Origin: Candidatus Zixiibacteriota bacterium
Lineage (GTDB): Bacteria > Zixibacteria > MSB-5A5 > UBA10806 > 4484-95
Assembly (NCBI GenBank): GCA_037441845.1
Contig: JBBIRK010000004.1
Coordinates: 64,001 to 128,000, forward strand
Direction of reading: 5' to 3'
Length of the DNA: 64,000 nt
Shown: piece by piece, positions 41,514-51,770 of the stretch
How positions within the stretch are numbered: position 1 is the stretch's first letter
Layout of the letters: every line of letters starts with the position of its first letter
Notes under the pieces: generated by a model
Told to the model about the DNA's origin: nothing
Databases searched by the model: none
Seen by the model: only the letters and a program-made list of their open reading frames with translations
Position numbers and translations under genes: made by a program

Positions 41514-43235
41514 ATGAAACACAATCCAACAGCTTTGAAATGGGTCGTAGCCGATGATGTCCACGTGGAACAGGCAAGGAAACTTGCCCGCGAATTGTCG
41601 ATCCCGTACGTCACGGCCAAAATTCTATGCGCCAGGGGACTGTGCGATATAGATCAAGCCACCAAATTTCTCAACCCATCGCTGCAACAACTTTTCGATC
41701 CTTTCGTTCTCCCGGGGATGAAGGCAGGTGTCGAGCGGGTTATCCAAGCGTTGAAGAACAACGAAAAAATGATGATTTACGGCGATTACGATGTCGACGG
41801 AATTACCGGCACCGCTTTAATGTTCCTTGTGCTGAACCGCCTGGGAGGCAGCGTCTCCTATTATCTGCCTAACCGACTGCTCGAGGGTTACGGAATATCC
41901 GAGGACGGTCTCGAGGAAGCCGTAAAACGAGACATAGATCTGCTCATTTCCGTCGATTGCGGCATCACCGCGGTCGATGAGGTCAGAATCGCCACGGAGA
42001 AGGGTATCGACTGTATCATCACCGACCATCACGAGCCCGGCCCGGAACTACCCAAGGCTCAGGTGATCATCAATCCCAAACTCGATTCGCCCGATAAGCC
42101 CGGGTATGAATTGTCGGCTGTCGGAGTTGCTTTCAAATTCGCCCAGGCTTTATACAGCCAGCTTAATCAGGATCAATCCGAGCTCGAGGATCATCTCGAC
42201 CTCGTGGCCCTCGGGACTGCGGCCGATATCGTGCCGCTTGTGGGTGAAAATCGCATCCTGACCAAATTCGGTCTCGAACAGGTGGCGCGGACGAACAAAC
42301 CTGGCTTGAAAGCGTTGATTTTCATTTCGGGAATTATGGGTCACAAAATCGGCACCGGACAAATCGTTTTCATACTCGCCCCGAGGATCAACGCCGTGGG
42401 AAGACTGGGTGACGCCCAAAAGGCGATAAAGTTGCTGACAACCAAAGACGAAACCCAGGCGAATGCGATCGCCAGAGTGCTGAATGCCGAAAATAAGCGC
42501 CGCAAGGATATCGACGAACAGACTCTCAACGAGGCTTTGGAGCTCATTGAAACGACTATCGATATTAAAAATGACCGGGCCATCGTCCTGTCCTCCTATG
42601 GCTGGCATCAAGGCGTAATCGGGATCGTGGCATCGCGCATCGTCGAAAGATTCAATCGCCCGACGGTCATGATCGCGATAGACGGAGGTGAGGGCAAAGG
42701 TTCCGCCCGTTCGATACCCGGGTTTCATCTTTACGAGGCCCTGAAACAGTGCGAGGAATATCTCAATCGTTACGGCGGTCATAAATACGCCGCCGGGTTG
42801 TCTATCGATCCGGACAAGATAGAGCCTTTCCGGCGCAAGTTGAATCAGGTGTCGGCGTCGATGCTCTCCGAAGAAGACCTCATTCCGAAATTGTCCATAG
42901 ATTCGGAGCTCGAGCTCGAGTCGATAAACGATGAGTTAATGCAAGTGCTCGAGAAATTCGCCCCGTTCGGGCCGATGAATACGCGGCCGATTTTCGTAAC
43001 TTATAACGCCGAAGTTGTCGGCACCCCCTATATAGTAGGTTCCAATCATCTACGGCTCAAAGTGCGCCGGGGCGATAGGGTTTTCGATGTCATCGGTTTC
43101 GGTTTCGGAGATGTGTTGCGAAGTATGCCCTCTCGGCCGACCTACGTCGATATGGCGTATGTGCTCGAATACAATAATTGGAACGGACAGAATCGAATCC
43201 AACTCCGCTTGAAAGATATCAAACTGAGCGGCTGA
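41514..43235 (+). CDS. recJ: Single-stranded DNA exonuclease RecJ
   Basis: YGDYDVDG, VDCG, TDHH, PRINAVGR, GSARS, GGHKYAAG. Confidence 0.97.
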   Translation: MKHNPTALKWVVADDVHVEQARKLARELSIPYVTAKILCARGLCDIDQATKFLNPSLQQLFDPFVLPGMKAGVERVIQALKNNEKMMIYGDYDVDGITGTALMFLVLNRLGGSVSYYLPNRLLEGYGISEDGLEEAVKRDIDLLISVDCGITAVDEVRIATEKGIDCIITDHHEPGPELPKAQVIINPKLDSPDKPGYELSAVGVAFKFAQALYSQLNQDQSELEDHLDLVALGTAADIVPLVGENRILTKFGLEQVARTNKPGLKALIFISGIMGHKIGTGQIVFILAPRINAVGRLGDAQKAIKLLTTKDETQANAIARVLNAENKRRKDIDEQTLNEALELIETTIDIKNDRAIVLSSYGWHQGVIGIVASRIVERFNRPTVMIAIDGGEGKGSARSIPGFHLYEALKQCEEYLNRYGGHKYAAGLSIDPDKIEPFRRKLNQVSASMLSEEDLIPKLSIDSELELESINDELMQVLEKFAPFGPMNTRPIFVTYNAEVVGTPYIVGSNHLRLKVRRGDRVFDVIGFGFGDVLRSMPSRPTYVDMAYVLEYNNWNGQNRIQLRLKDIKLSG

Positions 43236-43463
43236 TTCCCGATCGCAATCTGCAGCCGCGATCACGACCGCAACCGACTTGATCCCCGCTGACGCTTTGA
43301 CATGAGAATATCGCAGGTTCGCAACAGTTGCGCAATTAAGCCGAAAGAAATTTCGCTTGGCTTGCCGACATTTCGCTTACCCGCATGTTAAGGGCTGACC
43401 CAAAAAGCGATTGCCTCGTCAAATCGGTTTTGATATCTTTTTATCTCTGAAAGGAACGATTGC

Positions 43464-44414
43464 TTGTCGATACTCGATGCTTTTTTGGGCGGCAGCCGCA
43501 TGGCGCTTTCTAAGGTCATATCGCACATAGAAAATAACGGCGCCGATCTATCGAAACTGCTGCCGGCTCTTTATTCTCGCGCGGGCAAAGCCTACAAAGT
43601 GGGATTCACCGGTCCGCCCGGGGCCGGAAAGTCCACTCTCGTCGATAAACTTGCCGCTCTATACGTCGAGAGCGGCAAAAAGAAACTGGGCATAATCGCG
43701 GTGGACCCGAGCTCACCCTTTACCGGCGGGGCGCTTCTCGGCGATCGAATCCGCATGCAGAATCTGGCGACCAACGAAAACGTCTTTATCAGAAGCATGG
43801 CCACTCGGGGTTCCACCGGCGGTCTGGCGGTTTCGACCTCGGAGGTGGCCATGGCGATGGATGCTTTCGGCATGGAGATGATATTGATCGAAACCGTCGG
43901 CGTGGGTCAGGTGGAACTTGATATCGCCGATGCCTGCGACACCACAGTGGTCACGCTCGTGCCGGAATCAGGCGACTCCATTCAAGCATTGAAAGCCGGC
44001 CTTATGGAGATAGCTGATATTTTCGTGATAAACAAAGCCGACCGGCCTGGCGCCGCCAAGATCGTTTCCGAACTCAACATCATTCTCGATCTCAAGAGGC
44101 AGAATACGGGTTGGGAATTGCCGGTGGTGGCCACCGAGGCGGTCAACGGCAAGGGAATCGATGAGTTGGCCGCCAAGATCGCAGCTCACCGCGCTTTCAT
44201 TTATTCCGATTCGCATGCCGATCAGCACCGTAAGAGAAAAATCCGGGCGACCCTCAATCATGTTCTCGATAAGGAAATCAAATCCCTCATAAAGAAAAGA
44301 TTTCTGAACGAGGAAATGATTACTGATTATGTGAAAAGAATCCAGGAGGGTTCAAGCAACCCCTACGAAATAGTAAATAACATATTATCATCGTTAAAAC
44401 AGGATAAGCCATGA
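43464..44414 (+). CDS. meaB: Acyl-CoA mutase-associated GTPase chaperone
   Basis: [49 protein letters not shown]. Confidence 0.95.
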   Translation: MSILDAFLGGSRMALSKVISHIENNGADLSKLLPALYSRAGKAYKVGFTGPPGAGKSTLVDKLAALYVESGKKKLGIIAVDPSSPFTGGALLGDRIRMQNLATNENVFIRSMATRGSTGGLAVSTSEVAMAMDAFGMEMILIETVGVGQVELDIADACDTTVVTLVPESGDSIQALKAGLMEIADIFVINKADRPGAAKIVSELNIILDLKRQNTGWELPVVATEAVNGKGIDELAAKIAAHRAFIYSDSHADQHRKRKIRATLNHVLDKEIKSLIKKRFLNEEMITDYVKRIQEGSSNPYEIVNNILSSLKQDKP

Positions 44415-46096
44415 GAAAGACCGAAAATGCCGTCTCTTCCGCGAAAATCACGCCGCCTTCGGGGCGGTCGAAATGGGAAGAGGAATATTCGAAGGCGCAG
44501 ATTCCGCCCGAGAAAAAATTCATGACGGTTTCCTCGAAGCCGTTAAAGCCGCTTTACGATCCCACCGATCTTGCCGATTTCGATTACGATCGAGATCTGG
44601 CCTATCCGGGACAATATCCCTATACCCGGGGGGTTCATGCCACGATGTATCGGGTGAAACCCTGGACGATGCGCCAATTTTCGGGATTCGGCACACCCAG
44701 ACAGACCAACGAGCGATATCATTATCTTCTCGAAAGGGGACAGCACGGCCTGTCGGTGGCTTTCGATCTGCCGACGCTTATGGGATACGATTCGGATTCG
44801 CCGCGTGCGCGGGGTGAGGTGGGCGTCTGCGGAGTTGCAGTCGATACGCTGAAGGACATGGAGATTATTTTCGAAGGCATCGCGCTCGACAAGATTTCGA
44901 CGTCGATGACCATTAATTGCACCTCGACGATTCTGCTGGCGATGTATATCGCGGTGGCCGAAAAACAAAACGTACCGAGCCGCCTTCTGACCGGAACCCT
45001 GCAGAACGACATCTTGAAAGAATATATCGCCCAAAAAGAATGGATCTATCCGCCGGAGCCGTCCATTCGGTTGATAACCGATATGATGTCATTCTGTGCC
45101 GAGCACGTCCCCAAATGGAATACCATCTCGATTTCGGGTTACCATATCCGCGAAGCGGGCGCGACCGCCGCGCAGGAGTTGGCGTTCACGCTCGCCGATG
45201 GTTTTTGCTATGTCGAATCGGCGATAAAGGCGGGCATGGATGTCGATACTTTCGCTCCGCGCCTATCGTTTTTCTTCAATTCGCATACCGATTTTTTCGA
45301 GGAGATCGCCAAATACCGGGCGGCACGGCGGATCTGGGCTCGCCACATGAAAGAACGCTACAAAGCCAAAGATCCGCGCTCGATGATGCTTCGTTTTCAT
45401 ACCCAAACGGCCGGCTGTAGTTTGACCGCCCAGCAGCCGGAAAACAACATAGTCCGCACCGCTATCGAGGCGCTGGCAGGCGTTATCGGCGGCACCCAGT
45501 CGCTTCATACCAACTCGATGGACGAAACGTTGGCTTTGCCCAGCGAAAAAGCTGTCAAGATCGCCTTGCGGACGCAACAGATAATCGCCCACGAATCGGG
45601 TGTAATAAACGTGATCGATCCCATGGCCGGAAGTTACTTCGTGGAGGCGTTGACCGACGAGCTCGAAGAAGAGGCCGAGAAGTATTTCGAGGAGATCGAG
45701 CGGCGAGGGGGCGTGTTGAAATGTATCGAAGAGGGCTACTTCCAACGGGAAATCGCCGAAAGCGCATTCCGCTATCAGAGAGAAATCGAAAAGAAAGAGC
45801 GGATTATCGTAGGGGTAAACGATTTTATCGAGCCCGATGAAAAAGTGGATATCCCCCTATTGGTTATCGATGAGCAGGTCGAAAAAGAGCAGGTGGCCAA
45901 TCTGAAAAAGGTCAAAGCGGAACGGGATAACGATAAGGTGAAACGAACCCTTGCCGAACTCAAGAAGGCGATCGAAACAGGCCAAAATCATATGCCGCCT
46001 CTGCTGGATTGTGTCCGCTGTTATACCACCGAGGAGGAAATCACCAGCGTCATGAAAGAAGTATTCGGCGAGTATACAGAACCGCCGATGATTTGA
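44411..46096 (+). CDS. B12-dependent acyl-CoA mutase large subunit; isobutyryl-CoA mutase-like specificity residues
   Basis: [56 protein letters not shown]. No C-terminal DxHxxG B12-binding domain. Confidence 0.93.
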   Translation: MRKTENAVSSAKITPPSGRSKWEEEYSKAQIPPEKKFMTVSSKPLKPLYDPTDLADFDYDRDLAYPGQYPYTRGVHATMYRVKPWTMRQFSGFGTPRQTNERYHYLLERGQHGLSVAFDLPTLMGYDSDSPRARGEVGVCGVAVDTLKDMEIIFEGIALDKISTSMTINCTSTILLAMYIAVAEKQNVPSRLLTGTLQNDILKEYIAQKEWIYPPEPSIRLITDMMSFCAEHVPKWNTISISGYHIREAGATAAQELAFTLADGFCYVESAIKAGMDVDTFAPRLSFFFNSHTDFFEEIAKYRAARRIWARHMKERYKAKDPRSMMLRFHTQTAGCSLTAQQPENNIVRTAIEALAGVIGGTQSLHTNSMDETLALPSEKAVKIALRTQQIIAHESGVINVIDPMAGSYFVEALTDELEEEAEKYFEEIERRGGVLKCIEEGYFQREIAESAFRYQREIEKKERIIVGVNDFIEPDEKVDIPLLVIDEQVEKEQVANLKKVKAERDNDKVKRTLAELKKAIETGQNHMPPLLDCVRCYTTEEEITSVMKEVFGEYTEPPMI

Positions 46097-46224
46097 CGTA
46101 AATCAATATAGAAGTGACCTGCCGCTTGCATCGGTGGATTCGGAACCAAGGCACCGGATACGCCTTACTTGCGGCGGGTGTCGTGAATTGGAAATAACGG
46201 ATTTCAGAAAAGAAGGAAACGCTC

Positions 46225-46545
46225 ATGACCCGGAATAAACTATCTATAGTCCTCGTTACCTGCCCGATTTTCGATGCCGACCGGATCGCCGAGCAGATCG
46301 TCAGCGAAAAACTGGCCGCCTGCGTCAATATAGTCCCGATACGCAGCATATACACGTGGGAAGGCGAACTCGAACATGACGAGGAACTGCTGTTGATAAT
46401 CAAAACAACCCCACAAAATTATGAACGGCTCGAAAAAAGATTGAAAGAACTTCACACCTATGAAATTCCCGAAATCGTGGCGGTCGAATCGGACATGGCC
46501 TGGCAGAAATATTTCGACTGGGCGTCGGAGCAAACCCTTAAATAG
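46225..46545 (+). CDS. cutA: Divalent-cation tolerance protein CutA
   Basis: LAACVNI, SIYTWEG, HTYEIPEI. Confidence 0.95.
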   Translation: MTRNKLSIVLVTCPIFDADRIAEQIVSEKLAACVNIVPIRSIYTWEGELEHDEELLLIIKTTPQNYERLEKRLKELHTYEIPEIVAVESDMAWQKYFDWASEQTLK

Positions 46546-46793
46546 CGGTTAGCCGCCGATGGTCCACTCGCGGTGTTGCATTCGCCATGATTGTCGATCG
46601 CGAGTGACCCTCGTCGGCCGGCAAGATGGGCGTAAATGGCGCATTTCATCGATTATGCGGATATGAGCGATTCGATATGGCGCAACATTTCGGGGAATCC
46701 ACGAATTGCATTCAATGTGCTTGTTCATTATGATTGTATAAGAGCTGTAGATGAAAAAGACGAACGATTAAAAGATTACAAAGGAATCGGCCT

Positions 46794-47213
46794 ATGCGCT
46801 ACATAAGAACAACCGACGGTTTCATGCTGCGCCTGGAAAAGGGCGAAGAGGTGATGACCGCCGTCACCGAATTTATCGCCCGGGAGAAGATCGCCTCGGC
46901 GGCCGTCTCCGGATTGGGAGCCGTCGCCGATGCGACGATCGGTTATTTCAGCAGTCATGCTAAAAAATATTTTCAGCAGTCGTTCGAGGGCGAATTCGAG
47001 CTGCTGAGTTTGACCGGCAATATCTCATGGCTGGAAAACAAACCCGTATTTCATGCTCATGTGGTGTTAAGCAAGACCGACTACAGTCTGATCGGCGGCC
47101 ATCTATTTTCGGCTTTGGTGGCGCTCACCGTCGAGCTTCACATTCGCGTGTTCGAGCCGAAAATCAATAGAAAACCGGATCCCGAGATCGGGTTGAATTT
47201 GATGGATATCTAA
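46794..47213 (+). CDS. PPC/DUF296 domain protein
   Basis: RLEKGEE, GLGA, ELLSLTGNI, HAHVVL, GGHL. Confidence 0.9.
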   Translation: MRYIRTTDGFMLRLEKGEEVMTAVTEFIAREKIASAAVSGLGAVADATIGYFSSHAKKYFQQSFEGEFELLSLTGNISWLENKPVFHAHVVLSKTDYSLIGGHLFSALVALTVELHIRVFEPKINRKPDPEIGLNLMDI

Positions 47214-48005
47214 ATGGCGACCATAATCACCTTAATCACCGATTTTCGCACCAGTGACGGCTACATGGGGGCCATATTCGGCGTGATCAAGTCGATAAAT
47301 CCGAACGCCGAAATAATCACGATCGCTTCCAATATCCCCGCCGCGGATATTCGCAAGGCATCGCAGGCGCTGTCGAACAGCTATCGCTTCTATCCAAAGG
47401 GCTCCATCCATATGGTAGTGGTCGATCCGAGCGTCGGGCCGCGGCGACGGGCGCTGATAGTCGATGACGGCCGCTATCTGCTTCTCGGACCGGATAACGG
47501 CGTGTTGTCGCCGATTTACAGGAACAATCCCGAGTCGCGCATCCGACAAATCAGCAACGATAAATACCGACTCACCTCGCGCTCCGAAACTTTCCACGGC
47601 CGTGACCTGTTCGCGCCGGCGGCCGCTTATCTGAGTCATGGAATCCCTCCAGAAGAATTTGGCCCCGAAATCACCGATCCGGTGATGTTGGATTATCCGC
47701 AACTGGAGGTGATAGGGAACGATTTGGTAGGTCGAGTGATCGATATCGATGCTTTCGGCAATCTTATCACGAACATTTCCGCAAACTACGTGGATAATGA
47801 CGCAGTGATCCAATTCTGCGGCCGAACGATACATGGCTTGTCACGCTGTTACTCCGATGTACCTGAAAAGCATCCGCTGGCCTACATCGGGTCTTCCGAT
47901 ACTCTCGAGATCGCCATAAACAGGGGCGATGCCGCCAATTATTTCGGCGCCTTGATCAACGAAGAAGTCCGCCTGGTCGGAGCGGGGCGTCGAATCGATG
48001 TCTGA
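47214..48005 (+). CDS. SAM hydroxide adenosyltransferase / chlorinase-fluorinase family (DUF62)
   Basis: ITLITDF, VVDPSVG, GPDNG, SETFHGRDLFAP, DAFGNLITN, EIAIN. Confidence 0.92.
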   Translation: MATIITLITDFRTSDGYMGAIFGVIKSINPNAEIITIASNIPAADIRKASQALSNSYRFYPKGSIHMVVVDPSVGPRRRALIVDDGRYLLLGPDNGVLSPIYRNNPESRIRQISNDKYRLTSRSETFHGRDLFAPAAAYLSHGIPPEEFGPEITDPVMLDYPQLEVIGNDLVGRVIDIDAFGNLITNISANYVDNDAVIQFCGRTIHGLSRCYSDVPEKHPLAYIGSSDTLEIAINRGDAANYFGALINEEVRLVGAGRRIDV

Positions 48006-48780
48006 AAACCCTATGAGTCCGCGTCAAACCGCCGAGACCGCTTCCGAGATGCCTTTTCTGGATCATCTCGAGGAACTGCGCTGGCGTTTGATAAAGTCGA
48101 TTGTCGCGATCGTGATCGGGGCCTCGCTGTCGTATATCTTTTCCGATAGATTGTTTTCGGTGTTATGGCAGCCTTTGCAATCGGCGGCCCCGGGGATGAA
48201 ATTGCATTTTTTCAAGGTGGCCGAGGCGTTCAATGCGCGCCTTAAACTTTCGATAGTGGCAGGCTGTCTGCTTACCTCGCCGATCGTCATTTATCAAATC
48301 TGGCAATTCGTGCTCCCCGGGCTCTACCGCCGTGAGATCAGAATTGTCTATTTGATCGTTTTGTTCTCCACCTTTTTTTTCCTCGCCGGTGTGATATTCT
48401 GCTATTTCGTGATGCTTCCTTATGGGCTTAAATTTTTGTTGGAACAGGCGCCTCCGAATACCGAACCCACGATCATGATGGGGGACTATCTGAATTTCGT
48501 GATGTGGATGATACTCGCTTTCGGTCTGGTGTTTCAATTGCCGGTGGTGGCCTTTTTCCTCGGCCGGATAGGCATAATCAGCTCGGGATTACTCAAATCC
48601 GGCAGAAGATATGCAATCGTTATCATCGCCATAGCCGCTGCGGTGATAACTCCACAGCCCGATTTCGTCAGTCAAGGGATGCTGGCCATACCACTCTATT
48701 TTCTGTATGAATTATCGATATTGATAGTGAGATTCACCGGACGCGCCGAACCGGTGCGCGGGAAGAATCTTGCCGGATAA
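47998..48780 (+). CDS. tatC: Twin-arginine translocase subunit TatC
   Basis: MPFLDHLEELRWR, YQIWQFVLPGL, FQLP, RRYA, ITP..D, LYE. Confidence 0.96.
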   Translation: MSENPMSPRQTAETASEMPFLDHLEELRWRLIKSIVAIVIGASLSYIFSDRLFSVLWQPLQSAAPGMKLHFFKVAEAFNARLKLSIVAGCLLTSPIVIYQIWQFVLPGLYRREIRIVYLIVLFSTFFFLAGVIFCYFVMLPYGLKFLLEQAPPNTEPTIMMGDYLNFVMWMILAFGLVFQLPVVAFFLGRIGIISSGLLKSGRRYAIVIIAIAAAVITPQPDFVSQGMLAIPLYFLYELSILIVRFTGRAEPVRGKNLAG

Positions 48781-48920
48781 CCAAGTCGTTATCTTTTTTG
48801 AGAATAAGCCGGGCGTTCGTTTGTAAAATTACGTGCCGGATATCGAATCGTGGTTTTCAGCGGACGATTCGAGCGATAGAAGCGCCGTTACGGAAACGTG
48901 GCTATTTGCTCGTCGGCTTG

Positions 48921-48937
48921 TTGGAACATAATTTGCT
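48921..48937 (+). promoter_or_regulatory. Probable sigma54 (-24/-12) promoter
   Basis: TTGGAACATAATTTGCT has GG-N10-GC spacing, 40 bp upstream of the Omp85 fusion gene. Confidence 0.5.
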
Positions 48938-48976
48938 CATTTAGGGTTAGAAAAATAAATGAGATAGGTCATTATC

Positions 48977-51766
48977 ATGGAAAGACTTACGCTAATCGCA
49001 GTAATTTCGGTTCTCACTTTCGGCTCGGCATCCCCACAGTATTATTTCGGCCAGAATAAGGTGCAGTACGAAAAATTCGATTGGCAGGTCATGAAAACCG
49101 ATCACTTCGATATATATTATTATCCTGAGGAAGAGGAGATCGCTGGAATCGGCGCTCGGTTGGCCGAGGAAAGCTACGCTTACCTAACCGAAAAATTCAA
49201 CCACGTCATCGATAAGAAAATCCCCCTGATAATCTACAGTCATCCTTCTTATTTCAGCCAAACCAACGTCGTCCCGGATTTGCTTCCGGAGAATGTCGCC
49301 GGTTTCACCGAATTTTTCAAAGAGCGCGTGGTGATACCGTTCGACGGCTCGATGCGCGATTTCGACCACGTGATAAGGCATGAACTGGTGCACGTTTTCA
49401 TGATGGAAAAGATCACCCATAACGCCAAATCTCATGGGCGGCGTAATCCGGTCATGCCGCCGCTCTGGTTCACCGAGGGTATCGCCGAATACTGGTCGGA
49501 GGGCTGGAGCAAACAAGCCGATATGATTCTTCGCGATATGGTCATCTCCGGACGAATCGTGACTTTCAACAGGCTGGCGGGCATATCCGGGACCTACACG
49601 ATGTATAAGGTCGGACAGTCGATTCTGCGATATCTATCCGACACATTCGGCGACGACCGGATTACGTTGATGTTCGAGAACTGGTGGAAAGCGCAGACAT
49701 TCGCCCAGTTATGCGAAATCACTTTCGGCAGATCTTTCGCGGAAATCGGCAGAGATTGGGAATATCATCTGAAGAAGACTTATTATCCGGAGTTCGAGAA
49801 TAAAGACCTTCCCGCGAAAATCGCCGCCCGTCTGACAAGAAAATATTACAATATAAAACCGACCACTTTTGCGCTCGAAGACAAAGATGGTTGCAAAGAT
49901 TTCATCGCTTTCAAGACGATCCGCCTGGGCTATTCCAATATCGCCATGATGCCGCTCGAGGGCGAAAAGGCGGGATTCAGGCAGTTGGTGAAAGGCGAAC
50001 GATCGGCGAAATTCGAATCGCTGCATTTCGTTGATTCCGATATCGACGCGGGTGTCGACGGCCGCATCGCTTTCGCCTCGAAAAGCAAAGAATCCGACAT
50101 TCTGTATATATTCGATCCTAAAGGGAAAAAACTCGTTTTCAGCCGCCGTTTCGAACAGGTGAGCGCGATCAGCTCGCCGGCATGGTCGTTTGATCAAAAA
50201 ATGATCGCTTTCAGCGGAACCGGCAAAGACGGAGCCAACGACATTTACGTTTATCATTTCGACGGCGACAGTCTTCATCGATTATTCGATGATATCTATA
50301 ACGATCAGTCGCCCGCGTTTTCGCCCGACGGCGAGTTCATAGTTTTCAGTTCCGATCGAACCGATATGCACGGCGCCGATCTTTATGCTTATTCTCTGGA
50401 AACGGGTGCAATAATCAGGCTTACTTCGGGGAATTCTTTCAACACATCGCCGTCCTGGGCAAATCAAAGCGACAGCATCGTTTTCACGAGCGACCGGGGC
50501 GGTTCGCCCGATATTTACATATTGGAACACCCGTTAAGCGACAATCCGCGCCTTTACCGATTGACCAACCTGGCCACCGGGGCATACGATCCTTCTTTTT
50601 CGGCCGATGATTCGGCGATAGTGTTCAGCGGATACCAGGAGATGAGCTATCACATTTACAAACTTTTGCCGGACACCAATGCCGAACAGATTGCTCATGC
50701 GCCCGGTCAGGTTTGGGAACAGTCGAACGGCTGGCAACCGGAACGGATTACTGGAGAGCATCTGGCGGGAAAAATGAAGTATAAGACCAAATTATCGTTC
50801 GACATCGCCCAATCGGCGCTTTCATACGATGCCATTTTCGGCACGGTCGGCGGTCTTCAGGGGGCGCTCACCGATGTATTAGGCGATCACCAATACTACC
50901 TGCTTCTTTATAATACCGGAAACAGCCGCCACAATTTTCTCCGCAGCACCAATGCGGCCGTCACCTATATCAACCGTCAGCGACGCCTCAATTGGGGACT
51001 CGGGATATACCGTTTCTATAACGATTATGACGACGATTATTACGGCTATGTTGAAGAGGAAACTTATGGTGGAGTAGCGCTTGCCAGCTATCCGTTCTCC
51101 AGATTCGACAGGGCTGAGGCTTCGCTATATGTTCGTAATTACTTCAAACAAACTCTGCGTTCCAACGATCCTGACGCCGCGGTCGCGACACCGGTCTTAT
51201 CCTACATCAAAGATACGTCGATCTGGGAGCCGTCCGGCCCCATCGACGGTTTCAGATTGCATATTTCGCTGGCCAGTTCAATCGAGATTCCCAGCCTAAA
51301 ATATTATAATTCCGCGGTTACGGTGGATGTGCGCAAGTATTTCAGGCTATCGGAATCCTCGGCTTATGCATTGCGGGGGGTGTATCTCGGATCGGATGGG
51401 CAGGACCCTCAAAGACATTATTTGGGCGGCAGTTGGGATTTGCGTGGATATCCCCGGAGATCTTTCTACGACAAGAATATCCTTTTGATTAATAATGAAT
51501 TACGGTTTCCGTTGGTGGATCGATTGCTAATCGGCATGCCTATCGGGGCGCTCAATTTTCAGGCTATTAGGGGCGCATTATTCGTGGATGCAGCTAAAAT
51601 TTGGGGTGACACAAATCGGCCTTGGATCGGTAGTTTCGGTTTTGGTGCGCGGGTTTCGCTCGGTTATTTGACCGTATTACGTTTTGATTTCTCAAAAAGA
51701 GCCGATAAAAATGACATATACGGTCATGGATTCGATTTTGACTTTTTCTTTGGCTGGAACTATTGA
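48977..51766 (+). CDS. Omp85/BamA-family protein fused to an N-terminal gluzincin-like peptidase and a TolB-like beta-propeller
   Basis: Signal peptide, FGQNKVQY, HELVH + WFTEGIAEY, PD40 repeats (PAWS, PAFSPDG, PSFS), LGG..DLRGY loop-6 motif, C-terminal FFFGWNY. Confidence 0.85.
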   Translation: MERLTLIAVISVLTFGSASPQYYFGQNKVQYEKFDWQVMKTDHFDIYYYPEEEEIAGIGARLAEESYAYLTEKFNHVIDKKIPLIIYSHPSYFSQTNVVPDLLPENVAGFTEFFKERVVIPFDGSMRDFDHVIRHELVHVFMMEKITHNAKSHGRRNPVMPPLWFTEGIAEYWSEGWSKQADMILRDMVISGRIVTFNRLAGISGTYTMYKVGQSILRYLSDTFGDDRITLMFENWWKAQTFAQLCEITFGRSFAEIGRDWEYHLKKTYYPEFENKDLPAKIAARLTRKYYNIKPTTFALEDKDGCKDFIAFKTIRLGYSNIAMMPLEGEKAGFRQLVKGERSAKFESLHFVDSDIDAGVDGRIAFASKSKESDILYIFDPKGKKLVFSRRFEQVSAISSPAWSFDQKMIAFSGTGKDGANDIYVYHFDGDSLHRLFDDIYNDQSPAFSPDGEFIVFSSDRTDMHGADLYAYSLETGAIIRLTSGNSFNTSPSWANQSDSIVFTSDRGGSPDIYILEHPLSDNPRLYRLTNLATGAYDPSFSADDSAIVFSGYQEMSYHIYKLLPDTNAEQIAHAPGQVWEQSNGWQPERITGEHLAGKMKYKTKLSFDIAQSALSYDAIFGTVGGLQGALTDVLGDHQYYLLLYNTGNSRHNFLRSTNAAVTYINRQRRLNWGLGIYRFYNDYDDDYYGYVEEETYGGVALASYPFSRFDRAEASLYVRNYFKQTLRSNDPDAAVATPVLSYIKDTSIWEPSGPIDGFRLHISLASSIEIPSLKYYNSAVTVDVRKYFRLSESSAYALRGVYLGSDGQDPQRHYLGGSWDLRGYPRRSFYDKNILLINNELRFPLVDRLLIGMPIGALNFQAIRGALFVDAAKIWGDTNRPWIGSFGFGARVSLGYLTVLRFDFSKRADKNDIYGHGFDFDFFFGWNY

Positions 51767-51770
51767 TTAA

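Noticed and set aside
40830..41577. Minus-strand ORFs over lemA/rnpB
   Set aside because: They overlap the RNase P RNA and lemA and are spurious.
43236..43463. Possible cobalamin riboswitch upstream of meaB and the mutase
   Set aside because: No B12 box or GGGAA/GCCACTG core found.
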